Origin: Kiritimatiellia bacterium
Lineage (GTDB): Bacteria > Verrucomicrobiota > Kiritimatiellia > RFP12 > UBA1067
NCBI GenBank assembly: GCA_050949565.1
Contig: JBMNFY010000008.1
Location: forward strand, 192,001-256,000
Direction of reading: 5' to 3'
DNA: 64,000 nt
In this document: positions 30,219 to 39,677 of the stretch, one piece after another
How the letters are laid out: every line of letters starts with the position of its first letter
How positions within the stretch are numbered: position 1 is the stretch's first letter
The notes under the pieces: model-generated
The model's input: the letters and a program-made list of their open reading frames with translations, nothing else
The model's database searches: none
Told to the model about the DNA's origin: nothing
Translations under genes and position numbers: made by a program

Positions 30219-31071
30219 ACGGTTGTTTTTCGTTGGCCTGTTATTGATGTCATTTCAAGCTAAGGCAGAGAGAGCGGATGTCGTGGTAAGATTGCCGCCT
30301 GAGTTGGATATGCCAGTGCCCAAGCCGTTATCGCCGGAAGAGAGGGAACAAAAAGAGATTCGGGAACGCATAAACAAGAAATTGCCCTATAACAATGACG
30401 CAAGTGGTTCGTTAGGAACCCTCGGGCAATTGACAAAATTATGCGACTGGGTGTTTGTCGGGAAGGTTGTCGATGCCAAAGGCAACAAAGTAGCGGCAGG
30501 AGCTAAGGAAGAGTTTCTTGGCGAGGTCAGCGTGACGCTCAACATTGAAACCAACCTGTTCGGACAAACGCGGAACAAACGTATTGTTGTGACACCAAAC
30601 TGGTGGGAAACGTGGCGTGTCCCGAAGGCGGGTGACCGTATGCTTGTTTTTCTTGCGAAAGAACGCTACGACGAGTATGTTTTCGATGTGATAAAATTCG
30701 ATTTTGACAAGGCCAGGTTCAAAGGAGAAACGAATAAAGGCCCCATCGTTGTCCGTGAGTGCAGGGGAATGATCGGTCTTGGCAGTGCGGAAACCGAAAG
30801 GATCTTTGTTGCGGCCACAGAGGGGTATCTTCAAGTTCTGAGGCGGGAAAGCCGTGACGCCGAGCGCTATTATGCACTTCTTCGTCAACTGGTTCTTTCC
30901 CCTGAGTGCCGTATCAAGGAAGACGCGAGAAGCGACCTGTTAAAAATCCTGCGGAGTTGCCCCTCTTTCGATTTGGACCGCGTCCTCGCCGACGAAAACA
31001 TCGACGAGGGCATCAAGGATTATGTGCGTCTGTATCTGAAGCCGCAGCAAGAGAAAAAGAAAACACCGTGA
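30211..31071 (+). CDS. Exported hypothetical protein, paralogue 2 (immunity candidate)
   Basis: Signal peptide MNRRLFFVGLLLMSFQAKA; LPY, TLGQLTK, GDRML, RIKEDARSDL, CPSFDLDRVLADENIDE. Confidence 0.8.
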   Translation: MNRRLFFVGLLLMSFQAKAERADVVVRLPPELDMPVPKPLSPEEREQKEIRERINKKLPYNNDASGSLGTLGQLTKLCDWVFVGKVVDAKGNKVAAGAKEEFLGEVSVTLNIETNLFGQTRNKRIVVTPNWWETWRVPKAGDRMLVFLAKERYDEYVFDVIKFDFDKARFKGETNKGPIVVRECRGMIGLGSAETERIFVAATEGYLQVLRRESRDAERYYALLRQLVLSPECRIKEDARSDLLKILRSCPSFDLDRVLADENIDEGIKDYVRLYLKPQQEKKKTP

Positions 31072-31130
31072 GAGGAGGCGGCTCCCAAGGAGTAAACTAA
31101 AATCGTTTGCTTGCCATAAAGGAGGTCGGA

Positions 31131-32021
31131 ATGAAAAAGAAAATCGTGTTTATTGCTCTCGCGTGGTCGGTCTTGGTCGCGTGCCGGAGTTGGCCCGAAG
31201 AGGAGGACGTTGTAATCAAACTTCCCGAGGAACTGATGCCACCCCCAAAACCTCTGTCTGAAGCAGAGAAGCAGCGCGAAGACAAAGAGATGGCCCATAG
31301 TGCATTGGTCGCGCGGCTGAATCGGAAACTTCCCTACTACATGATCGCTGATGTCACATGCCAATTCTTTACGTTGGGGCAACTTGTAAAACTTTGCGAC
31401 TCTGTTTCAGTCGTAAACGTTGTTGCTGTTGAAGATGCCGATTCAAAATCGGCAACCAAACGGCTGGTGCCCAGGATCAAAGTAACGGTCAATGCGGAAA
31501 CCAACCTGCTGGGGCATTTGGATCGGGGTGATTTGTCGCTGATTGTCCAATGGTGGGATCGAAAACGGCTCCCGCAGAAAGGGGACAGGTGGCTTGTCTT
31601 CATCACGAGCGAGGATCATAGAGTCAACATGCTTGATGCGATGAAATGGGGTTTCGACAAAACCAAAGCGCGGGGGGAAGTCAAGGAGGCCAAGTTCGTT
31701 CTCGGGCAGAGTCGAGGCGCGATCGACCTTCCTGATGTTAAAGCAGAGAGGGAACTCCTCACAGCGACAATGGGGTATTTACAGAATCTGCGGCAACAGA
31801 AGCGGGATGCGGAAAAATACTATGCCCATCTGCGCGAACTAGTCCTTTCGCTTGATCAGCGAATCAAAGACGATGCAACAATTGATATGTTAAATTTTTT
31901 AAAAAGTTGCCCCTCCTTTGACCTGAACCGCGTGCTCGGCGACACGAACATCGATGAGAGTGTCAAAGACTACGTCAGGCTCATCCTCATGCCATCCCGC
32001 CAGCATCAGGAGGAGCCATGA
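31131..32021 (+). CDS. Exported (possibly lipo-) protein, paralogue 3 (immunity candidate)
   Basis: RBS aggagg; LVAC lipobox-like motif; LPY, TLGQLVK, GDRWL, RIKDDA, CPSFDLNRVLGDTNIDE. Confidence 0.8.
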   Translation: MKKKIVFIALAWSVLVACRSWPEEEDVVIKLPEELMPPPKPLSEAEKQREDKEMAHSALVARLNRKLPYYMIADVTCQFFTLGQLVKLCDSVSVVNVVAVEDADSKSATKRLVPRIKVTVNAETNLLGHLDRGDLSLIVQWWDRKRLPQKGDRWLVFITSEDHRVNMLDAMKWGFDKTKARGEVKEAKFVLGQSRGAIDLPDVKAERELLTATMGYLQNLRQQKRDAEKYYAHLRELVLSLDQRIKDDATIDMLNFLKSCPSFDLNRVLGDTNIDESVKDYVRLILMPSRQHQEEP

Positions 32022-32044
32022 TCTCTGATTGTAGAGGAAACTTC

Positions 32045-32110
32045 ATGAAAAAAAGTGTGTTGAAAACTATTACCGCAACGTTGACTGGGAGAAATGGGGT
32101 CGTAGTTTGA
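32045..32110 (+). pseudogene. Start of a fourth gene truncated by miniature element B
   Basis: RBS gagga then MKKSVLKTITATL, reading into the IR. Confidence 0.45.
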
Positions 32111-32384
32111 CATTAGACATTCAAGTGGGAGAAATGGGGTCGTAGTTTGACATTAGACATTCAAGTGGGAGAAATGGGGTCGTAGTTTGACATTAGACAT
32201 TCAAGGGTTGTTCAGCGTTTTCGCGGTGTGGTCATGTGTTGCCGTGGCAAGGCAACTGAGGCACCTCCGAAGGGATGGTGGTGCGGTTGAAAACCGACAA
32301 CGCCTTGCACCGGTCGACCGTGTACGTATCAAGGCTACTGGGGAAACGAAAAGTCTAATGTCAAACTACGACCCCGACAGACGC
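32086..32384 (+). mobile_element. Miniature element B, left end triplicated as 3 x 40 bp
   Basis: tgggagaaatggggtcgtagtttgacattagacattcaag at 32086, 32126 and 32166; body closely similar to element A; right IR ends at 32375. Confidence 0.9.
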
Positions 32385-32600
32385 CAACAGACGTATTTAA
32401 CTCAGAACACTGAACGTCGAACTCTGAACTCTGAAGGTGAAAACTCCTTGCCTATAACTTACAGCGATCAAGGTTATCTTCATTTAAATGCCAGTGTGAA
32501 GCGTGGGCGGCGGGCTAACCAATTACCCGAGATAGAAGTTGAACGTTGAGCGCTGGGCGTTCTTTTGTTACGGTACCCCAAACGCTTTTCACAGGAGAAG

Positions 32601-35600
32601 ATGCAAATGCGGAAAGTTTATGGGGGAATCGGTCTGCTGCTCGCAACTACGGCGTTATTCGCGTACGCGCAGCAGACTCCGGTCGCAGTATGGCAGGCCT
32701 ACGCGGATGACATGGCGCGCCGACCGGGCATGGTGCGTTTCTACACCTTGTTCGACGATGCCACGCAGCAACCCGACCGCGCCGGTTCGGAAAACGTACT
32801 GGCCTACCGTCCGTACAAAGGTGCGCCTCTCGCTACCGAACCCGGACGTATCGCCGACCGGACGGCGGTGGTGCTCGACAGTGATTATTTTGAGACCGCG
32901 TCCGTTCTCTTCCCCAGCAATGCCTTCACCGTGACCCTCTGGGTGCGTCCGCTCGGTACCGGCACGCAGACCGGCAACGGCGGCAGCGCCAATGGCATGC
33001 TGGCGTGCAGCGGCAGCGGATACACGGACGGCTGGCGTTTGGTCGTTTACGATTGGAAGACGCGTCTGGTCTCTTTTCAAATCGGACGCGAGAAGGGCGC
33101 GATCACGCTCTGCGCCAACGATCCGCTGAGCGCCGGTTTCTGGAACCACCTCGCCGCCACGTGGGACGGCGCTCACATGCGTCTCTACATCAACGGCACC
33201 CTCTCCGCCGAAAGCCCCTATAACGGCACCCTTATCCCGTCGAAATCTTCGCTGAAGATCGGTTTCGCCAACCATGGCGTGGGCTCGTTACGCATGGCGG
33301 TTGACGAATGCGCGCTTTTTGACCGCGCCCTCCCCGCCCCGGCCCTCGCGGCACTTTCGCTGAACGGTGCCCCGCTGAGCGACACGTTGGCTGAGCAGGT
33401 GTGCGCCCTCCAAATGGTCGCCCTTGATTCGGAACGCGCCGCCGACTTCACCCGCGCCGCGCAGAAAATCGCGTCTGACACGCACGCCTCCGCCGCATGG
33501 CGGCATTGGGCCGCGCTGGCTGTCGCGCGTCGAAACGCCGACACCGCAGCATGTGTCGCTTTGGTCGATGACCTTTCTGCGCCGTCCCATCTGCGCGGCA
33601 TGGCGCTCGAAGCACTGACCCAAGCCGCGCGCAAGGGCACAGAATTGCCGAGCCGCGTGCTGGTCAAACTGCCCGAGTATCTGGAGCTTGACGCTGATGA
33701 TCAACGCCTCTTCGCCTTGGCGCTCGCCGACGCCCATGCGCGCGAAGGCAACGTCGATGCCGCCTCGGCCGTTTTCGATCAGCTCCTCTCTTTCCCCGAC
33801 ATGCTGCCGATCGACGCCGCTGAAGTTCGTCAGCGTTGTGCCCGGATCCTGCGGCAAGCCGACCGCTTCGATGCCGCGCGCGACCACTATGCGGCTGTAC
33901 GCGACGACGCGCGTCTGCCCGCGTACGTCCGCGCCATCGCCGCACTCGGTCTGGCGCAGACGTGGCGTCAGGCCGGATGTCTGGAGCAGGCCGAAGCCGC
34001 CTTCCATGACGCAGCCGGTGTGACCAACGCCCCGCCCCATCTGACCGAAGAAGCGCGCGCCTGCGCCGAGGCCTGCGCCAACCTGCGCGCGGGACGCCCG
34101 GCCCGCGACCCGGAGGCTCCCCGCCAACGCCTGCCCGCCCTGCCGCAACCCGCACTCGCCTTCTATGTCTCGCCCAAAGGCGACGATCAAGGCGCGGGAA
34201 CGTTTGAGCAGCCCTTCGCCACACTGGAACGGGCGCGCGACGCGATCCGCGCACAGCGCAAAAATGGCGTCCTGCCGCGCGGTGGCGTCACCGTCTATCT
34301 GCGCGGCGGCACCTATCCGGTCACCAATACCTTCACGCTGACTGAGATCGATTCCGGCAGCAGCGGTGCGCCTGTCGTCTACCGCGCCTGGCGTGATGAA
34401 CGGCCGGTTTTCGACGGCGGTTTCCGCGTGCGCCAACTGCGAACCGTGCGCGACAAAGACGTGCTCGCACGGCTGCCAGCCGAAGCACGCGGCAAGGTGA
34501 AGGTGGCCGACCTCAAGGCGCAGGGTTATCCGTCGTTCGCGCCCCAGCAGAGTTTCGGCTACGGCATCAACAATAAGACGATGCGCGAACTGTTCGAGGA
34601 CGGCCAGCCCCTGACCGTCGCGCGCTGGCCGAACAGCGGCACGGTCATGACCGGCCCGGTGCTTGATTCGACCAACCACGTCTTCACCTTCACCTCTGAG
34701 CGCCTGGCGCGTTGGTCGCAAGCCAAGGACGTTATGGCCAACGGCTACTGGTACCACCTCTGGGCGGTCTGCGCCGTCCCGCTCGGCGTCGACACCGCCG
34801 CCCGCACTTTGACGCTCAGGGAGCGTCCGGGCGGATACGGCGTGCGCGCCGAGCGTCCGTTTTACGTCTTCAACCTGCTGGAGGAGATCGACCAGCCCGG
34901 CGAGTGGTACATGGACAGCGAAACCGGCAATCTGTATGTCTGGCCGAACCGCCACCCTTGGTTCAGCACGCTCGTGCTTTCACGTTGGGACAAGCCCTTC
35001 ATCCAAGCGGATCAGGTGCGCGACGTCGTCTTCCAAGGGTTGACCTTTGAATACGGCCAGCAGCACGGCCTTGTGCTCAATGCCTGCGTCAACACCATCG
35101 TCGCCGGTTGCGTGATCCGCCGCTTGGGCGGCAGCGCGATCATTGCACCCAACAGCGCAAACCTGAAACTGTACGGCAACCGGCTGCACACGTTGGGGCA
35201 CACCGGCATACATGTCGGCGGCGGTAATCGCCGCAACCTCACCTCCGGTCAGGTGCAGATCGAGAACAACGAGGTCCACCACTTCGGCCGCTGCTCCCGC
35301 ACCTACAACCCCGCCGTGCTGCTGGAGGGCTGCGGCGCGCGCGTCGCGTACAACCACTTCCATCACGCGCCGTCCAGCGCCATGCGCATCGAGGGCAACG
35401 ACCACCTGATCGAATACAACGACGTCCACCATGTGGTTCAGGAATCGGACGATCAGGGCGGTATCGACATGTGGTGCAATCCCTCATACCGCGGCGTGGT
35501 GATCCGCTTCAACCGCTGGCGCGACATCGGCGGCGGCGAGCATGTGCCGTGCGGCCAGGCCGGCATTCGCTTTGATGACGCGATCAGCGGCATGTTGGTC

Positions 35601-36059
35601 TACGGCAACCTCTTCGAGCGGACGTCGAACGGCAATTTCGGCGGCGTCCAGATCCACGGTGGCCACAACAACATCATCGATAACAATCTCTTTATCGACT
35701 GCCGCTACGGCGTCAGCTTTTCGCCGTGGGGCCAGAAGCGCTGGACGGAGTTTTTGGGACGCGACCACATCAAGCGGTTGATCTTTACCGATGTTGATGT
35801 CCGCCGCCTCCCCTATTCGCGGCGTTATCCGGAATTGGCCGAACTCGGCACACGCGCCGACCTTAACAGTATCTGGCGCAACGTGTTTGTGAATGCAGAA
35901 GCACCCTACCGTAGAAAGCCGAAAGGTACCGACACATGGGATAATCTGGCGCTTGCCGCAGTACCGGCAAGCGATACCGGCGCGGCGTCGGTTTTCCGTG
36001 CGCTACCGCTCGACGAAATCGGAACGTACGATGACCCATGCGCCGCAGTTGATGAATGA
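32601..36059 (+). CDS. Secreted LamG + TPR-like + right-handed beta-helix protein (putative polysaccharide-active enzyme)
   Basis: RBS aggag; signal peptide; LamG WNHLAATWDG; FYVSPKGDD..GTFEQPFATLERARDAIR; NLLEEIDQPGEWY; beta-helix Asn ladders. Confidence 0.85.
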   Translation: MQMRKVYGGIGLLLATTALFAYAQQTPVAVWQAYADDMARRPGMVRFYTLFDDATQQPDRAGSENVLAYRPYKGAPLATEPGRIADRTAVVLDSDYFETASVLFPSNAFTVTLWVRPLGTGTQTGNGGSANGMLACSGSGYTDGWRLVVYDWKTRLVSFQIGREKGAITLCANDPLSAGFWNHLAATWDGAHMRLYINGTLSAESPYNGTLIPSKSSLKIGFANHGVGSLRMAVDECALFDRALPAPALAALSLNGAPLSDTLAEQVCALQMVALDSERAADFTRAAQKIASDTHASAAWRHWAALAVARRNADTAACVALVDDLSAPSHLRGMALEALTQAARKGTELPSRVLVKLPEYLELDADDQRLFALALADAHAREGNVDAASAVFDQLLSFPDMLPIDAAEVRQRCARILRQADRFDAARDHYAAVRDDARLPAYVRAIAALGLAQTWRQAGCLEQAEAAFHDAAGVTNAPPHLTEEARACAEACANLRAGRPARDPEAPRQRLPALPQPALAFYVSPKGDDQGAGTFEQPFATLERARDAIRAQRKNGVLPRGGVTVYLRGGTYPVTNTFTLTEIDSGSSGAPVVYRAWRDERPVFDGGFRVRQLRTVRDKDVLARLPAEARGKVKVADLKAQGYPSFAPQQSFGYGINNKTMRELFEDGQPLTVARWPNSGTVMTGPVLDSTNHVFTFTSERLARWSQAKDVMANGYWYHLWAVCAVPLGVDTAARTLTLRERPGGYGVRAERPFYVFNLLEEIDQPGEWYMDSETGNLYVWPNRHPWFSTLVLSRWDKPFIQADQVRDVVFQGLTFEYGQQHGLVLNACVNTIVAGCVIRRLGGSAIIAPNSANLKLYGNRLHTLGHTGIHVGGGNRRNLTSGQVQIENNEVHHFGRCSRTYNPAVLLEGCGARVAYNHFHHAPSSAMRIEGNDHLIEYNDVHHVVQESDDQGGIDMWCNPSYRGVVIRFNRWRDIGGGEHVPCGQAGIRFDDAISGMLVYGNLFERTSNGNFGGVQIHGGHNNIIDNNLFIDCRYGVSFSPWGQKRWTEFLGRDHIKRLIFTDVDVRRLPYSRRYPELAELGTRADLNSIWRNVFVNAEAPYRRKPKGTDTWDNLALAAVPASDTGAASVFRALPLDEIGTYDDPCAAVDE

Positions 36060-36073
36060 ACGCTCAACCTATT

Positions 36074-36175
36074 GAAAATCTTGCAAAACCCCTTGCGTTC
36101 GGGTGTGGCACGGGCATCTTGCCCGTGTTTCATGGGCGGGACGCCCATGCCACGAGGAGGTTTTGCAAGAGCCTC
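36074..36175. mobile_element. About 101-bp REP-carrying MITE, copy 1 (intergenic)
   Basis: tcttgcaaaacccct...ggttttgcaagagcctc ends enclosing gtggcacgggcatcttgcccgtg / catgggcgggacgcccatgccac. Confidence 0.8.
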
Positions 36176-36183
36176 AACCCATT

Positions 36184-38949
36184 ATGAAAACATCCATCCG
36201 CCTCATCGCCCTGCTGCCCGTCCTCGCCACTTTGGCAGGACGCGCAGCCGAAGAAGCGCCCCTCACCGCGCTACCGCCGCAACCGACTGAAGACCGGTCG
36301 CCAGCCGAACGCTTCGCCAATCCGCCCGCGTCGGCCCGTTTCCTGCGTATCATCCACGCCCAGCGCGACAAACCGCAAGAGCAGGACAAGCACCTGCTCA
36401 AACTGGCCGAACAGGGGTTCGGCGGTTTCGCGAGCAACGTCGCCTTTGACGGCTACGTCGAGGATGAAACCAAGTGGCCGCCTTTTATACGCGGCGTGAA
36501 GATGGCCCAAGCATCCGGCATGTCGCTCTGGCTCTACGACGAACGCGGCTATCCCTCGGGCAGCGCGGGTGACCTCACCTTGCGCGGTCACCCGGAATGG
36601 GCCGCGCGCGGTCTGCTGATCGCCGAGACAAACGTCACGGGCGGCGCGACAGCATCGCTCGCATTGCCGCCCGGCCGCCTCGTAGCGGCGGTGGCCGTGC
36701 CGCGACACGACGGCGTGATCGCGCTCGACCGTGCGGTTGATCTCACCGCATCGGTCGCGGACGGACGCCTCTCATGGCAGGCACCGGACGGCGAGTGGTT
36801 CGTGACGGTCATGACCGACGACCTGATCTATGAAGGCACCCATGCCGCTATCAGCCTGGCCTACAAGAAACCGTGCATCGACCTGCTGACGCCCGAGCCG
36901 ACCGCGCGCTTCTTGGAAGTCACGCACGACCGCTATGCGGCCAAGCTAGGCAAGGACCTTGGCCGTTATTTCGTCTCGACCTTCACGGACGAACCATCGC
37001 TGCAAAACCTCTGGTTCCGTCCCATGCCCTACCGCGTATTGCCGTGGTCGCTCACGTTCGAGAGCGAATTCCAAAAACGTCGCGGCCGCGCACTGCGCCC
37101 GTTGCTGCCGGCACTGGTCACCGACGCGGGGCCGATCGGTGCCCGCGCCCGTTACGATTTCTGGAACACGGTCGGCGAGTTGGTCTCTGAAAACTTCTTC
37201 GGCCAGATTCAAACGTGGTGCGCCCGCCACAACATCCTCTCGGGCGGCCACCTGCTGGCCGAAGAGAGTCTGGTGGGCCACGTGCCGCTTTACGGCGACT
37301 TCTTCCGCTGCGCCCGTCGGCTCGATGCGCCCAGCATCGACTGCCTCACCAGTCTACCGCCCGGCGTGCCGTGGTACATCGCGCGCATGATCGGCAGTAT
37401 CGCCGATCTGGAGGGCTACACCTACACGATGTGCGAGGTCTCCGACCACAGCCAGCGCTATCGTCCCAAAGGCGACACGCGACCGATTCAAGTCGTGACC
37501 GAGGACGAGATCCGCGGCACCTGCAACCGGCTCATCTGGGGCGGCATCAACACCCTCACCAGTTACTACTCCTTCAAAGACCTCAGCGACGACCAGTTGC
37601 GTCGGCTCAATACGCATGTCGGGCGCTGCCAGACCCTGCTGCGCGGCGGTCACCAAGTGACCGACATCGCCGTGCTCTACCCGATCGAGAGCATCTGGAC
37701 CGTCTTCACGCCGGCCTATCGCGGCGCAAGTTCTGAACCGGCGGCGCACCGGATCGAGAGCACCTTCGACGGCGTAAGCACAGCGCTCTACTCCGCGAAC
37801 CGCGACTTCCGCTATGTGGACGCGCGCGCCCTGTGCGAGGCGTCGGTCGATGGCGACACCATGCGCCACGGCGACCTGCGCTGGCGCGTGCTGGTGCTGC
37901 CGGCGGCCAGCACCCTACCGATGGCCGCTTGGCAGAAAGTCCAGCGCTTCTGGCAGAACGGCGGCACCGTCATCGCCATCGGCACCTTACCGGCCAACAG
38001 CGAATCGGACTTCCCCTCGTCTGCCGTGCAGACGATCGCGCGCGAGATGTTCGGCACGGAGACGCTACCGAATATCGTCACGAACCGCGCCGGTGGCGCA
38101 GGTATCGCGCTGCCGTTCAGCATGCTTGCGCTGACGCCGAAGATGATCGACGCCGTTTTGGAGCGCGACGCCACCTGTGATAATGTGCACGACCCCATCA
38201 AGATCACGCGCCGCCGCGTCGACGGCCATGACCTCTATTTCGCGATCAACGACAGCGCCACCGCATGGGATGGCACCGTACGCTTCTGCGGTGACGGCGT
38301 ACGCGAACAGTGGGACCCGGCGACCGGCACCAGCAGCGCAGTCGCGGAAGCGACGCGCGTCCCCCTGCACCTCGGACCGTACGGCGCGATGTTTTTCCGC
38401 ACGCCGCAGGCTGGCGTTCCGCGCCGCCTCACGAAAACCGCCTCGGTCGCGCTCAAGATGACGTGCAAGCCCCTGCCGGAGGCCGGTCAGCCCACAGCCG
38501 GCAAAGGCACCTACGTGCGCAGCGAACTGAACAAAGACCCGACTGGTGGTTGGCGCGCATTAGCCACGTTGACCCGTGGGCAGGTCGACACCTTCCTTTT
38601 TGTCAACTTCCCCTACGCGCAACCGCTCGATCTCTCCGGTTATGCAGGGCTGGTCCTCGACACCGCCGTCCCGACGGGCCAGCGCACGCCCGCCGAGCTT
38701 CTGGTCTTCATTCAAACGGTCGACGGCGGCACCTATCTCGGACATTCGGGACGCTTCCTGAACGAAGCAGGAACGGCACGCGCCTATGCGCTCTTCGGCC
38801 AGTTCTCCGCCTTCGGCAACACCAAGAAAGCACTGGACCTCACCCAAGTCACCGCCATCCGCATCGGCTGGGGCGGTTACTTCGGCAGCGAAGGCGAAGT
38901 GATCGACCTCACCGTCCACCCACCGCAAGCGCTATCGCTTTCAAACTAG
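36184..38949 (+). CDS. Secreted glycoside hydrolase (GH106/alpha-L-rhamnosidase-like)
   Basis: Signal peptide MKTSIRLIALLPVLATLAG; WLYDERGYPSGSAG, FTDEP, FFGQIQTWCARH, IAVLYP, EQWDPATG. Confidence 0.75.
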   Translation: MKTSIRLIALLPVLATLAGRAAEEAPLTALPPQPTEDRSPAERFANPPASARFLRIIHAQRDKPQEQDKHLLKLAEQGFGGFASNVAFDGYVEDETKWPPFIRGVKMAQASGMSLWLYDERGYPSGSAGDLTLRGHPEWAARGLLIAETNVTGGATASLALPPGRLVAAVAVPRHDGVIALDRAVDLTASVADGRLSWQAPDGEWFVTVMTDDLIYEGTHAAISLAYKKPCIDLLTPEPTARFLEVTHDRYAAKLGKDLGRYFVSTFTDEPSLQNLWFRPMPYRVLPWSLTFESEFQKRRGRALRPLLPALVTDAGPIGARARYDFWNTVGELVSENFFGQIQTWCARHNILSGGHLLAEESLVGHVPLYGDFFRCARRLDAPSIDCLTSLPPGVPWYIARMIGSIADLEGYTYTMCEVSDHSQRYRPKGDTRPIQVVTEDEIRGTCNRLIWGGINTLTSYYSFKDLSDDQLRRLNTHVGRCQTLLRGGHQVTDIAVLYPIESIWTVFTPAYRGASSEPAAHRIESTFDGVSTALYSANRDFRYVDARALCEASVDGDTMRHGDLRWRVLVLPAASTLPMAAWQKVQRFWQNGGTVIAIGTLPANSESDFPSSAVQTIAREMFGTETLPNIVTNRAGGAGIALPFSMLALTPKMIDAVLERDATCDNVHDPIKITRRRVDGHDLYFAINDSATAWDGTVRFCGDGVREQWDPATGTSSAVAEATRVPLHLGPYGAMFFRTPQAGVPRRLTKTASVALKMTCKPLPEAGQPTAGKGTYVRSELNKDPTGGWRALATLTRGQVDTFLFVNFPYAQPLDLSGYAGLVLDTAVPTGQRTPAELLVFIQTVDGGTYLGHSGRFLNEAGTARAYALFGQFSAFGNTKKALDLTQVTAIRIGWGGYFGSEGEVIDLTVHPPQALSLSN

Positions 38950-39065
38950 ACTGAAATCGCCTTGAGCCGGTCAAAAAAACGAATATAGCGGAACACATAG
39001 CCGCCGTCGACCTTTTCGAGGACGCCGGCCGGCGTGTCGCGATAATAGACTGTGCCCTTTTTCAT
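38946..39065 (-). pseudogene. Truncated HipA N-terminal-domain gene (39 aa)
   Basis: MKKGTVYYRDTPAGVLEKVDGGYVFRY resembles HipA N-terminal starts; ATGA-coupled to the HTH gene; no kinase gene follows. Confidence 0.65.
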
Positions 39066-39259
39066 ATGCCGACCGTCACTTTGTAGCCGAGGGTTTTAGC
39101 CACTTTGAGAAGCACATCGAGGGTGACGTTGCCACGCGCTGTTTCCAAATTGGAAAGCGTGTGCACTGATACACCGCTCAACTTCGCCAGCCGTGCTTGC
39201 GTAATATCGAGGGTCTCGCGCCTCACGGCAAACGCCTTTCCTATCTCCTCTTTGTTCAT
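39062..39259 (-). CDS. XRE-family HTH protein (HipB-like)
   Basis: RRETLDITQARLAKLSGVSVHTLSNLETARGNVTLDVLLKVAKTLG. Confidence 0.85.
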   Translation of the reverse strand: MNKEEIGKAFAVRRETLDITQARLAKLSGVSVHTLSNLETARGNVTLDVLLKVAKTLGYKVTVGI

Positions 39260-39341
39260 CAGAATGAATAACACCTTCTCATTACGACAAAGCAAGCCCG
39301 AAAATCAGCAGATTTTTCATTATGATGAATGACCGATTATA

Positions 39342-39677
39342 GGCTGGAGGGCGAGCCGCAACCGCGCTGCGCGCGGATTGTGGCACGGGCATCTTGCCCG
39401 TGTGGCGGCGTGAAACGCCGCCGGTCAAGCAGACGCTTGACCCTCCCGGCGCTTCGCGAGCCCGGTCATAGGCTGGAGGGCGAGCGTCCCCGCGAGCCGC
39501 AGCCGCGCTGCGCGCGGATTTAGGATTTAGCCCGCCGCGCGGCTTCGCCGCGAAAAAACCACGGGGTAACTATGACAAAATGTCCAAGTTATAGGTAAGG
39601 ATTTAGGATTTAGGAGCCGCGCCCGCCCGTTTTTACACTCATCCCAGAAAAACCTCTGCGTCTCTGCGCCTCTGCGT
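39342..39677. repeat. REP-like cluster with 7- and 9-mer arrays
   Basis: Two ggctggagggcgagc...gcgctgcgcgcggatt units, hairpins ggcggcgtgaaacgccgcc and ggtcaagcagacgcttgacc, (aggattt)n, ctctgcgtctctgcgcctctgcg. Confidence 0.75.

Noticed and set aside
32086-32205. CRISPR-like appearance of the 40-bp repeats (also 28579-28657 and the 168-bp array)
   Set aside because: Units are contiguous with no unique spacers, the 40-mers match the mobile element end, and no cas genes are present.
36106-36122. Sigma-54 promoter-like TGGCAC...TTGC in the REP/MITE
   Set aside because: GG to GC spacing is 12 nt rather than the required 10; the sequence is explained by the palindrome.
36103-36183. N-terminal extension of the glycoside hydrolase in the ORF track
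   Set aside because: It is MITE sequence; the signal peptide starts at ATG 36184.
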